A stretch of 64,000 nt of DNA from Octopus bimaculoides (Eukaryota): the NCBI RefSeq assembly GCF_001194135.2, contig NC_068982.1, forward strand, positions 7,758,191 to 7,822,190, written 5' to 3'. Both the position numbers and the translations under genes were made by a program. Numbering within the stretch: the stretch's first letter is position 1; each line of letters opens with the position of its first letter. The notes beneath the pieces are model-generated. The model was given only the letters and a program-made list of their open reading frames with translations, had not been told where the DNA came from and ran no database searches. Shown piece by piece: positions 39,201 to 53,243 of the stretch.

Positions 39201-42200
39201 GCTTCAATGTTTTTATAACCTGATCTGTCAGTGACCCACCAGGTCACAGGTAGTCTAGTTAATGATAAAACTAAGATGGAGAACTGGCAGAAGCATTTGC
39301 ATGGTAGGAAAAATGCTTAGTGGCATTTCATCTATCTTTACAGTCTGGGTACAAATTCCGTACTGAGATCAACTTTGTTTTTTGTCTCTTTGGAGTTGGT
39401 AAAATAAGTACCAGTTGACTACCAGGGTTGATCTGATTGATTTATCCCCTCCCTCAAAATTGCTGGCCTTGTGCCAAAATTTGAAGCCAATATTGCAACA
39501 TTATATTCATCTTTTTCTTATAGTATTACCTAAGTGAAAAAATTATGCAGACTTTAGGAACAATTCTATTAATATAATCCATTGACAAAATTGCAAAAGT
39601 AATGAAAATTTTGGAAGAAAAAATATAAATAATAAATGAGTGGAAATCAAATCGGTGAGTGTGTTAGATAATAAGGCATTAAGATAATATAACTCTCCCC
39701 AGATACAACATATACATCATCATCATCATCATCATCATCATCGTTTAACGTGCTTTCCAGGCTAGCATGGGTTGGACTATTTGACTGAGGACTGGTGAAC
39801 CAGATGGCTACACCAGGCTCCAATCTGATTTGGAAAAGTTTCTACAGCTGGATGCCCTTCCTAACGCCAACCACTCTGAGAGTGTAGTGGGTGCTTTTAC
39901 GTGCCACCGGCACGAAGGCCGGTCAGGCGGTACTGGCAACGACCACGCTTGAAATGGTGTATTTTACGTGCCACCTGCACAGGAGCCAGTCCAGTGGCAC
40001 TAGCAATGATCTCACTTGAATGTCTTTTCACGTGCCAGTAAGGCGATGTTGGTAACGATCACGGTGTTACATGAAGTGGTTATGCACCACTTCTTTGTTC
40101 CTGACTAAAAATATATTTATCTTTTATTCCGGTTACCATTTATTGACATTTGAAATAGATAACCAAAATTTTCATATTCGTGTTGTAATGCTTTTCCTTT
40201 TTAAAAAAGGAGAAAATGCTGCAAGACTTGCAAAAAAATTGTGAAGATTATCTCTTTTATTAGTTTCAGTCATTTGACTGTGGCCATGCTGGAGCACCGC
40301 CTTTAGTCAAGCAAATCAACCCTAGGACTTATTCTTTGGAAGCCTAGTACTTATTCTATCAGTCTCTTTTGCCGAACTGTTAAGTTACAGGGACGTAAAC
40401 GCACCAGCATCGGTTGCCAAGCGATGTTGGGGAGACAAACACAGATACACAAACATATATACACACATACATATCAGATTGGAGCCTGGTGCAGCCATCT
40501 GGTTCACCAGTCCTCAGTCAAATCGTCCAACCCATGCTAGCATGGAAAGCGGATGTTAAACAATGATGATGATGATGATGATGATGATTATATACGACGG
40601 GCTTCTTTCAGTTTCCGTCTACCAAATCCACTCACAAGGCTTTGGTCAGCCCAAGGTGCCACGCAGTGAGACTGAACCCAGAATCATGTGGTTAGTAAGC
40701 AAGCTACTTACCACACAGCCACTCCTGCGCCTATGGTAATGATTTTGTAGGTGAATCAACTGTTTGAAGGTGATTTGAAAAATTTAAAGCTGGAGAATTT
40801 AGCTTGGGAGAATGCAGTCACAGTGGAAGACCTTCAAAATTGGATGAAGATATTTTGAAGGCAAAAATCAAAGAAAACTCAAATATATCGAGTAGAAAAC
40901 TTGCAGAGGAGTTGGAAATTTCTAAAAGTACAGTTCATGAAGTATATATCCCATTTTGCATATTAAAAAATGCTCAGAACTTTCCAGACAATTCAACATG
41001 TAAGGGAATACTTTCCCATGTACAGATGTGTTTTCACAGATGACTAGAAATGAATAACATGGCATGGACGATAGTGACACTTGCCTACAACTATCTTATG
41101 ATATCAAGGCAAAGTGACACAAACATACACATACTCGTGTATACATCTGTGACAGGATCCTTGAGCACTTATTTTTTTTAAGCCTGGTACTTATTCTATC
41201 CATCAGTTTTGCTAGTCTGCTAAGTTACAGTGACATAAACACACCAACACTGGTTGTTCAGTGGTGGTGGGGACTAACACAAAGACACAAACACATACGG
41301 TGGGCTTCTTTCAGTTTTCTTCTACCAAATCCAATAAAAAAGCTTTGGTTGGCCCAAGCCTATAGCAGAAGACACTTGCCCAAGATGTCACACAGTGGGA
41401 CTGAACCAAAAACCATGTGGTTAAGAAGCAACTTTCTTACCACACAGCCACACCTGCATCTATATAGATAGGTTTTTCCATAATAGCCTGAGTTGGTTTG
41501 TTTTAATAGCACATTGTTATAGGAATAAATATATTTTAGTCTGACACATATCAGCACAGAAAAACATGCACAATGAAAAACATAGATAATTTAGATGGAT
41601 ATTGTCTCTGTGAGTACACTATTTACATATTAATAAACAGCTCTTAAGGTACAGTATATTGCTTCACTTGTGTTTCCATTAGAAACTTATAAATCAGATT
41701 TCTAGCATCTTAACAACTCAGCTGTATTACTGTGTTTCCACAGAAAACATCTTTTTATCCTGTCTATTTTGTGCAAAGTAGATATTTAGCAACAAATCTT
41801 AATTGCTAAGTAGTTCAGTCAGTGAAGCTTTGAACTTCAGCAAATTAATGACATGTACCATTTTTTTTTCTATTCAAGTCAACTAATTATACCAATATTA
41901 TAAAAATCTGTGATCTTGTACCAAAACTAGAAATTATTATCTAAATAATTTAATCTACTTATTGTTTGAATCAAAGGTTCATTCATACAGTTTTGCTTGT
42001 TTCCACTTCTCTATGTAAACATATTCAGGCAGTTTCTTGTTTGAGAGACTTGGAGATATACACAGACAAGGTTTGATCAAAAAGTATTGGGATTGCTGCT
42101 ATAAAAAGAAAAGTACAACACATATCAATTTGGTATTTAATTGCCTTTGAAGTATCCCCTTCTGAAGTAACACACTTTATCTAGTGCTGTTTCCAGGCAT

Positions 42201-43607
42201 TTCTAGAATTCCTTTTTGGGGATAGTGAGCAGCTGCCTAATCACATTCTCTTGAATTTCCTTGACATCTTGAAATCTTGTTCCTTTCAAATAGGATTTGA
42301 TTTTTGAAAAGAAGAAAAAGTCACAAAGGGTAAGGAATATGATGCTTTGAGACCTGGAGAATGTTGGGTTTGGCCAAAAACTGCTGCACAAGCTGCACTG
42401 AATGAACAGGTGAACTGTCATATTGGAGTTGCCATTCACTAGATGCATGCAATTCTGGTGAAACAACATTACACACTGTACTTCCAAGCATTGCTATAAA
42501 ATGACAGAAGTGAGCAATAATGCTATCACTTAGTGTGCATGCATAACAGAGTTGAAGGTCAATCTGTGTCAACCGGCTTCACTCTATATACTTCAGCTCC
42601 ATTACCATAGCAACAATCCCAATACTTTTTTATGAGACATATTACCTCACTTGGAAACAAGTGGGTTTGACAACATAAAGGGCATCTAGCCACAGAAAAA
42701 CTCCGCCTCAGTGTATTCTCATTTGATCCATGCAAGCAGGAAAAATAGATGTTGGTTTCAAATTTTGTGAGAAGGCCAGCAACTTCAGAGTTCTGCTGAT
42801 TTTATTGACCCCAAAAGGATGAAAGGTAAAGTCAACATTGGTGGAATTTGAACTCAAAATGCAAAGATGGATGATTCTGCCAGCTTGCTACCTTCAAAGA
42901 AAAGTAGACATTAAAATGATGATGATTGCTTTAATCAAAGTTATGAAATGTATGACTTTATGTTGTATTCTTAACTCACAATTCTTTGCATCCAATTTTC
43001 AATATACTTTTTGGCATCATCCATGTTTCTCCATATGGGCAAGGACAAGCATCTCTGTCAATACAACTACCCTAAAAAAAAAAAAAACAATCAGAGACAG
43101 TCATAGATTAAAATATTAAATAAAACTATATTTTCCATTGTCATTTTTAAATATCTTAACCTCAAAATATAAACCACTCCAAAGATAAAGATTAACTGAT
43201 TTGTCAGAATACCAAATATCCAGCAATTAATCTCAAGATGACAAATCTGCATTGTGCAGACCTCAACATGTGATGCATTGAGAAAGTGTATTCAATAACA
43301 AATAAAATATTCATCANNNNNNNNNNNNNNNNNNNNNNNNNNNNNNNNNNNNNNNNNNNNNNNNNNNNNNNNNNNNNNNNNNNNNNNNNNNNNNNNNNNN
43401 NNNNNNNNNNNNNNNNNNNNNNNNNNNNNNNNNNNNNNNNNNNNNNNNNNNNNNNNNNNNNNNNNNNNNNNNNNNNNNNNNNNNNNNNNNNNNNNNNNNN
43501 NNNNNNNNNNNNNNNNNNNNNNNNNNNNNNNNNNNNNNNNNNNNNNNNNNNNNNNNNNNNNNNNNNNNNNNNNNNNNNNNNNNNNNNNNNNNNNNNNNNN
43601 NNNNNNN

Positions 43608-43688
<81 letters not shown>

Positions 43689-46600
43689 CAAACACACAGG
43701 CACACATACACATACAGGTGAGTTAGAAAATAATGCAAATAAAAATTGCATTACTTCCTGACTCAGCCTCATACAGAGGCACAGGTGTGGTTATTTGGTT
43801 AAGAAGCTTGCTTTACAACCATGTGATTTTGGGTCCAATCCCATTGAATGACATCTTGGGCAAGTGTCTCCTACTATAGTCTCAGGCCTAAGTTTTGTGA
43901 GTGGATGTGGTGGATTTAAAGTGAAAAGGGCCACCATGTGTCTGAATATATAAATATACGTGTGTGTGTGTATGTGAGTGTATATGTGTGTGTGTGTCTG
44001 TCCATGTATAAGTGTGTACCTATGCACATGTACATTATGCCTTTCCTCATCACCACTTAACTGGTGTTGGTTTGTTTGTGTCTCCATAGCTTAGTGGTTT
44101 GGTGAAAGAGACCAGTAGAATAAGTACCAGGCTTAAAATAAGCACTAGAATCAATTCATTTGAATAAACACTTCAAGCAGTGCCCCAGTATGGCCATAGT
44201 CCAATGACTGAAACCAAATACACACTCACGTATATATGCACACACAGCATGCTCATTTACTAATAGACCAATGTTAAAAATGCCATGTACTACCATGCCA
44301 CCAGTATAACAAGGGACGGCACCGGACCCACAAGTATTCAAAACCCAACATAACCTTCCTGTACGTAGCACAAAATGGGTGATGCTTGTGTTTGCTAACA
44401 GTCATCATTGCCTCTCTCATCTCCCAACCCTCACTGCAATCACTCAGTTTCTGCTGTCATTGTTTTATCCCTTTTATCCACTCACCCTAGTTTTCTTATG
44501 TCATCGTTCTATCTACTCTTCATCTTTTTGGTCATGCTGCACTGAGTAAATGAACACAGCATGAAGTAGTGAGGACTCATAGCATGCACGCATGCACACA
44601 CGCACACACACTCACACACACAACAATTTTCTATCTGCTTCCATCAACCAAATACATTCACAAGGCTTTGCTTAACCTGGAGCTATTGTTGAAGACATTT
44701 GCCCAAGGTAATGTGAAGCGATGGATTGGTCTACTGGTTGAATTTCTAAATTTTATACAACTTTTTTTCCATAAGGTGATGCTTAATACAGCTGAATAAG
44801 CATTTTCAAGTATGATGAACCTTTGCAAAATAATTTTTTCATTGCTGAAAGTATCAATGAATGATATAATAAAATATTTAATTATATTAATTTCCATATT
44901 AACAACAAACATTATTGATATTAAGCTGATTTTATTGAATAAAATTTCCACTTACATTTGGTGACATAACAAGGTCTTTTTCACATCTGCATCCTTCATA
45001 TTCATTACTGAAGAAAACACACTTCTCAGGTTTTGATAAAGTTGCACATGTTTCTTGGCAACTTGTAGCATTCATTGACCAAATTTGGTTTTTAGGACAA
45101 ATAATTTCTTCTTTTGCTTCTTGGCAAATCCATTTTCCACGAGTACATACACTGTTAATTTCAAAATACTTATAATTTCAGAACAGCTTTAAAAGATAGA
45201 TAATTGTTTTTCAAATAAAAGCTTACAGTATAACTGACAGGATTTAAAAATACAAATATCTCTCTCTGACCATCTCTCTGTTATTCTCTCTAACTCTCTC
45301 CCACCTTGCTTCTTCTCATTCCTTGTCTTACTGGGGTGGCCAAATATCTCCTCTATAGTAAAAGAGCAATCTCTGTCCCTCTCCCATACTCTGACCGCTT
45401 ACCTGACACACAGCCACTTCTCTCGGTTCCACTCCCTCTCTCAACTAAGAGGTCTTTGTCTTGCAAGTTACGCGATGACCCTGCTGATGCTGGTGCCACA
45501 TAAAAAGCATCTGTGCTGGTGCCATGTAAAAGATACCCTGTATCCTCTGTAAAGTGGTTGGCATTAGGAAGGACATACAGCTGTAGAAACTAAGCCAAAA
45601 CAGATAACTGAAACTTGGTGCAGCTCTCTAGCATGCCAACTCCCATCAAACTGTCCACCCATGCCAGCATGGAAAGTGGATATTAAACAATGGTGATGAT
45701 GATGGTGATATATATAAATATAAGAATTGAAGCACTTAGTTAATAGAGTTCACCATTAGGTAAGTAAACTTTCTTTTCTAACAACTAAATTTAAAATAAC
45801 ATTTACTCACGAGAATATTTTTACAGAAAAAAATATACTGCTGGTGATCCTTAGATGATATGATGAAACAGTAATAGGATACCTCTTTTTAAGTGACCTA
45901 TGTCCTTTTAATCTATACCAATCTTCAGAAGTAAGATTTCATTTGCAAGTGCTAAGATCAAAATGCTAGAGTTTCTTAAATACATCCATTTTATTATTTT
46001 TGCTGTTGCTGCTGTTGTTTTTGTCATATAGCTTTGAGCCAGCTTTCACACTGAAAGCAGTCATCTAACCACAGACTGTTGATGGAAAACATTTTCCAAC
46101 AATAATTTTCCAAAGATAATAAGCAGTTTAAACCTAGATTTAAGACCCTAGGATATATTCAGGTTGGCTCTTGTTAAAGTTTGTTTCTTCCTACTATTAT
46201 AGATGCTGCTTGCTAATAAATAAATTTCTTTGAAAGACTCCAACTGCATTGAACTTGGCTCCCAAAATAGAGAGATAACAACGGTTCACTTTCTGTTTCT
46301 TCCCCATTCTTCAAGTTTAAGAGTAAAAAATGATGATTAGGTATAAAACACAAACTCTACCAGTCAAGATGTTTAAAATTTTCCCCATACTATTTTGCGG
46401 CCACCTCCACTTACATTTAATTATTTATCAATTTTCCAGTCTTTAATGACCATCTATATTCTTATGCTTAATCTACAGATGTTGTCATGTGTTAACATCA
46501 TCTATCAACAAGCCTTCTTCCATGTACATAGCTATAATTTAGTAAAATAACTTAGTTATCATTAAGCTAGTGTTCGGAACATAAATTGTGACTAAAGTTT

Positions 46601-47968
46601 GGTGGAAGATTTTAATTCAAAACTTATGAAAACAAGACATTTGTACCCAGAGCCAGAGCCGGTTTGATAACGAAAGGGTTAACAACCCTAACACACAAGA
46701 AAATGTATGTTCTGGCCATATTGAAAACCTTACTGGCATCCATTTCACTCCTTGAAAAACTATTTCAAGTAATATTGGTTTCAAATTTTGGTACAAGGCC
46801 AGCAATTTTAGAGGAAGGTAGTAAGTTAATTACATCTACCCCAGAGTTCAACTGGTACTTATTTTCCCGACCACAAAAGGATGAAAGGCAAAGACAATCT
46901 CAGCAGGATTTGATCTTTGAACATAAAAACAGGCAAAATCTACCAGTACGTCACCTTGCCATTGAAAGTAATATTGATTCAAGAAGATATTTGTTCAGTT
47001 GTAATTTTATAAAACCAACCAATCATTTGTTGATTCTACAGCCCAAACTGAACTACCAAAAAGTATTTCACTGATATCTGAGAAACCACAGGCACACACA
47101 CACACACACACACACATTTTGATTGAATTTTAAAAGAAATGAATTTGTCTGATTATTAATTCTCCTAATCCTCAGTCATTGACAGAGTTTTTTTATTTTT
47201 TATCATTACCTCAATAGTCTCTGCTTCAGCTATCTTGTTAAATGTACCCCAATATCAATCAAGATGTTTTTTAATGAGTAATGTTTATTTGCCAACAGAA
47301 TGTGGTGCTCCTATAAAGGACGATGTTACTGTTGCTTACCTTTATCAACCATGTCTAAAATATACTACTTTTATCAATAATTAGTCTTAAACTTTAAAAA
47401 ATAAAACCAAATTACCAATCATCTCCCTTTCTCCGCAAAGATGTCCCAGCATCATAATGCAGCTGTGTGTATTTATCAAAGCAGGTGCAGTATTCAATTT
47501 TAACACATTTCTTCTGGTTATTAAGTAATGTTCCATTCGGACAACGACAACCAAAGACACTTTCTGAGTTACAATCTGTGAGCGGCTGAGATAATTCATG
47601 GCAAGTTGTCTCACATAAGGAACCACATTCTGTGTATATTTGCCCACTTCCAACAGGGCATTCCAAAGCTGAATAAAGACAATGAAAAACAATAAAAATA
47701 TTTTAACAATATAAATAATTTCATGCTATATCACTTGAACTCTTTTACTTGCTTCAGCTGTAGCCATACTGGAGCAACACTTTGAAGAGATTTAGTCAAT
47801 CAAATCAACCCCAATATTCATTTTAAGTCTGTCACATATTCCGTCATTCTTTTATATCAAACAGCTAAGTCACTAGGACATAAAAAAACATAACAACTGT
47901 CAAGCAATGAGAGATAAACACAAACATTACAATGCATGCAAACACACGTACATACAATCTACACACAA

Positions 47969-48044
<76 letters not shown>

Positions 48045-48439
48045 NNNNNNNNNNNNNNNNNNNNNNNNNNNNNNNNNNNNNNNNNNNNNNNNNNNNNNNN
48101 NNNNNNNNNNNNNNNNNNNNNNNNNNNNNNNNNNNNNGAATGACCATGGGATTGCACCTAGAAAGTTACCCTCCGAGGCACAAGTCCGGGAAAGGTTGTT
48201 TTTATGGAAGACCAGCAGTCCCCCATGCATACCAGTCTCCTCTCTCCATGCCACCGATGCTCTTGGCGATACGGCTTGACACCAGTGATGTCACAACTCG
48301 TTTCTACAGCTGAGTGAACTGGAGCAACATGAAATAAAGTGTCTTGCTCAAGAACACAACACAGCCTGGCCCAGGAATTGAACTCACCACTTCATGATTG
48401 TGAGCCCAATGCTCAAACCACTGAGCCATGTCCCTTCAC

Positions 48440-48472
<33 letters not shown>

Positions 48473-51400
48473 TGCACACACATGTACACAAACACACACA
48501 CATGTACACAAACACACACACACACACACACACATACACACAAACACAGACACACACATACACACAAACACAGACACACACATACACACACACACATGAG
48601 AAGATAAAGGATTAGGTCTTGTTAGGGTACACAATGGATAGATGCTGAGATATGGATGTGGGGAAATCTCAAAGGCAATAAGGGTAGGGTGGAAGACATT
48701 TAACTCAACAAAGGATTTGATCAAAACAAAGACAGGCAATACCATTTGTACCACGCATTTCAATAACTCAGCCCTACCTGTGCCCTCATATACAAGTGAG
48801 ACATGAGATACTACAAAGAGGATAGAACATCAATTGGCTAGGGCACAAAAGGCCATGGAAAGATCCATGCTAGAAATATCATTACAAGAGCATATTTGAA
48901 ATGAGGTAATTCAAGAATGGAGCAGAGTAAACGATCACAGAATACCAAAAACACAAGTTCCAACAATCAAAGCTTACAGATGGGCCATACAGCTGATCAA
49001 TGGCATCCAAGAGATTAGAAAAGACCACTTGGAAGGCCTCCATAAAGATGGGAAGAAGATTTCGTTAAGCAATTTAGACTAAGATAGAAAAGAATGGCGC
49101 AATCACGACAGAATTGGAAGTACATTGTGACCAGTGATGTGTAACAGCATATGATATACCAACCAGTACTGTGATATATTTGTATATATATATATATGTA
49201 TATATACGACAGCTTTCTAATCCACTCACAAGGAGAGCAGTCACCATCTTCCCTTCCATGTCGGCTACCTCTGATGAGCATATTTATATAATTGGTTTGT
49301 TGCCTAACACTCCATTGTATTTTTTTGCGCAAAACCGATTGGTAAGACCAGCCATGATGGATACTTAATACTGTAAAATTAGGATAATGTACCCACTCTA
49401 CTAACAGTCCCCCTGACTTATGGTCACTTATACAACTAAATAAATATATATATATCTGTGTATATATGCTGGACACTCCTGTCGAAGACAACATATGAGC
49501 GTTCAGCTTTCACCAAACGACCTGCACAAATTATTTGTTTATAGTGATGAAACGTTTATGCCACACATTAACTTGCTCTCTCCATCAAATCGATGTAGTC
49601 TGAACAAGTGCACGGTGTATCATGCATCAGGTGTCAAAGTGATTGCAGATCAATATGAGACGAAGTATTTTGCTCAAGAACACAATGCACAATGCAGTCT
49701 AGGAATTGAAATCACAATCTAGCTATCATGAATGCAACACCTTAAACATGAATGCAAAACCTTAAGCAATGTACCCTTGCTATGTGCTAAAAAGTTTGCT
49801 TCCCAACCACATGGTTCTAGGTTCAGTTCCACTGTGTGGAACCTTGGACAAGTGTCTTTTATTATAGTCAGGAGCTGACCAAAGCCTTGTGAGTGGATTT
49901 GGTAGACAGAAACTAAAAGAAGCCTGTCACAAAAGAGACTAATAGAATAAGTACTGGACTTACAAAGAATAAGTCTTGGGGGTCGATTTGTTTGACTAAA
50001 GGTGGTGCTTCAGCATGGCTGCAGTCAAATGACTGAAACAGGTAAAAGAAATAAAAGAAATACATGTATTTACACACCACAAGACCCCTTTGAATGAACA
50101 GCACATGGAATCTACGTCTCCACACTCTCCATTTGTAATGACAAAATATGAACTCTTATGGAATTTAGATACATGGACATAAAGCATTTCTACCACTTCT
50201 ACACACCACTTTCCTTGAATAATGGAATTGCAACTATGACATCCTACATATATTTTTTATTTTTACTTTTATTCTCTTATTTCCCTTTATACTTCTTATT
50301 TCCATCCTTTTCCAAAATAACTCCTTATACTGAACTCTACTTTTTCCTTCCATTTAACCATCTCACATCGTCTTTGATGAAGGGATATCCCTAATATCCC
50401 AGAAACAGCTGTAAGACTAACTTTCTCTTTATAAATGTCTTGAAAATTCCACATAGCCTTGGCTCTGTTGTCTCATTTCCTTTAACATATATTTATATTA
50501 TATATATATCAAAGGGTGTTCACCAAAGATTTCCCCTAACCCACTTCCGGTTATTGCAGGAAACAGAACTTGTACTGGTATAATCATACATATCTTTACA
50601 TGTCACATTGTAAATTGTAGTTTTCCATTCGTATTCGCTTGTCTTTTATGGCTGCTGAAGTGGACTACAGTATTATATTGGAGGCTGTTGAATGCAGACC
50701 AGTGATCAAGTTCTTATACTTGAAAGGTCATACACCAAAAGAGACTTTTGATGAGATGAAAGTTCATGGTGACAATGCACCATCATATGACATAGTCAAG
50801 TACTGGCATCACCATGTCAAATGTGGTTGGACATTGGTGGAAATTGCTCCTATTCCTGGACGGCCACATTCCGCCATTGATGACAACACCATCCATAAAG
50901 TAGAAGCCACCATTTTGGAGGATCGCCACATGGCTACTTGGCAACTAGCCCAAGAAGTGAAGACAAATGTAGGATTGGTGAAAAACGTCATTCACGACCA
51001 TTTGCACATGTGGAAGTTGTTTGCATGATGGATTCTAGGGAATCTATCATGCAATCCTTTCCAGAAACAGGAATAAGTCAATTGTTCCCAGGCTCTTTTG
51101 GCAATGTGCCAAGAAAATGAGGACGACTTTTTCAGCAGACTTATCACACAGGGTGAAACATGGGTTCATCACTATGATCCTGAGACTAAAATCCAGTCAA
51201 AGCAATGGAAGCATGATAACTCACCACCTCCAAAGAAGGCTCATGTCCAACCCCCAGCAGGCAAGGTGATGCTCACTCTTCTTTTATATTAAAATTAATC
51301 TTTTAGCATTCAGATTACTCTATCAAATCAAATGTTTATTTACATTGTTTTGAATTAATCATGCATTATGTTGTAACTCTGAGATTTCAATGATGTCACA

Positions 51401-53208
51401 ATTTATTTTTCTGAATGTCATTGTAGGACAGGTGTGAGAGGCTATATCTGGCTGGTTTAAACCAAAAACGTAGAATATTTGGGACAGCTTAAATGCTAAG
51501 AGGTTGAATGAAGGTATTTCTACTAATAGCACAATTGGAATGTTTGTTGTTGAAACCTACAGGTAAGCCCTTTAATTTTATCTATTTACTAATGTTTTCA
51601 TAACTGGTTCATCCATTTCTTCCCAATTATTCCTGGGTCTATTTCTAATGTGCGTAAATTCCGCATCCCCAAATTACATTTATTTTCTTGTAACCAGCAG
51701 TCATTCATCTTGTCCACCTCTACTAATACTTTTAATATCAAATAGCTTTCTCAACTGACAGTCAATGTTTCTCATAATTACTGCAAATGATAGAAAATTG
51801 CTGTAATATCTCCATATTCCCCTAATAGTAATAAGAAAGTAAAGAATAATTCTGACATATTTTTTTAAACATATTGTAGTAATTCCAGACTAAGATAATG
51901 GAAACTAAGGTTAAGAAATTAAACCAACTCACAGCAAACTTCATTTAATGTAGAGTTTTCACGCCAGTTAATAATGGCACCATTGTCAGCACATGCTTTG
52001 GCATAAGCTTGAAGTGCAACACACATTGCATTTGGATTAAATATTTCACTAACACACATATCTCGCATACATTGGTCATAATATTTTTGGTATGGAACAA
52101 TTTCAAAGCAGTATTGAAATTGCTTGCTGAATGGAATATAAGAGCAGTACTTTTTAGCTTCATCTTCATTCTGAAATATATAAATTTGAATAACTTTACA
52201 TTTGAATTTAAAATTTTGACTTTAATAAAAGTTTTAATAAAATTAAAAATATTATAATTAAAAAAAAAGTGAAAATTCTCATATCTGTAACAAAATGTTC
52301 TCAATAAACCAAGTCTCATTAAAACATAATTACTTTGTTAAATACGTTAGCTACATTAATAACTTGAGTGGTAAAAAGTATTTGCATGTATACAGAGTGG
52401 TGCAAAAGTAAGTATACAGTTATGAAAAAAGAAAACATACAATACTCATTTTTATCAAAAAAATAAAAAGTTAAGATAAAAGTATTATTATAGTTATGAT
52501 AGATGTATTATTGGGATTAATGATATTGAAAATATCAAAAATGAGGCTAACTAATTTAATATGCTTGGTTTTCTCTAGTATGAGAGAGTTCCGAACACTG
52601 CCTTTCCATGTAAAGCCACATCATGAATACATACGCAGTTTTTTAGTTGTTTGCAGAATGTCAGCTATGCTTCTGCTTCCAATTCTTCATATTAGATTTT
52701 GAAATACTAAATATTATATTTATGTTACCAATATATCAGCTATGACATTAGTAAAGAAATTCCATGATGCATAATTAGCCTTGCCGGAAGATCTTGAAGT
52801 ATCCTTATACAGAGCTCTTAAAGTTTTAAGAAAATAATTTCACTAATTTACCTTTGGGTTTGATATAAAAGTGGAGGCAAGTGGTTAAGATATTTATCTC
52901 ATAATCATAAGGTTGTGGGTTCATTTCTGGACCAAGCAGCACATTGTATTCTTGAACAAGTTACTTCACTTCATGCTGACCCTATTTAATGAGCTGTAAT
53001 GAGTACTAGCTAGATGCTACTGCAGCTCTCTCACTCTCTCTCTCTTTTTAAGACATGGCTATGTGGTAAGAAGTTTGCTTCCCAATCACATGGTACTGGG
53101 TTCAATCATCTTGCATGGCATATTGGGCAAGTGTCTTCAACTATAGCCTTAGGCCAACCAAAGCCTTGTGAGTGGATTTGGTAGACAGAAACTGGAAGAA
53201 GCCCATTG

Positions 53209-53243
<35 letters not shown>

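Noticed and set aside
48380-48437. tRNA-like A/B boxes
   Set aside because: SINE head continuing into a repeat body; no cloverleaf or acceptor stem, so not a tRNA gene.
52390-52840. Short open stretches with splice-like signals in intron 7
   Set aside because: Frames are broken by stops and do not fit the gene's phase or domains; a Tc1-like TIR at 52391 suggests a decayed transposon.
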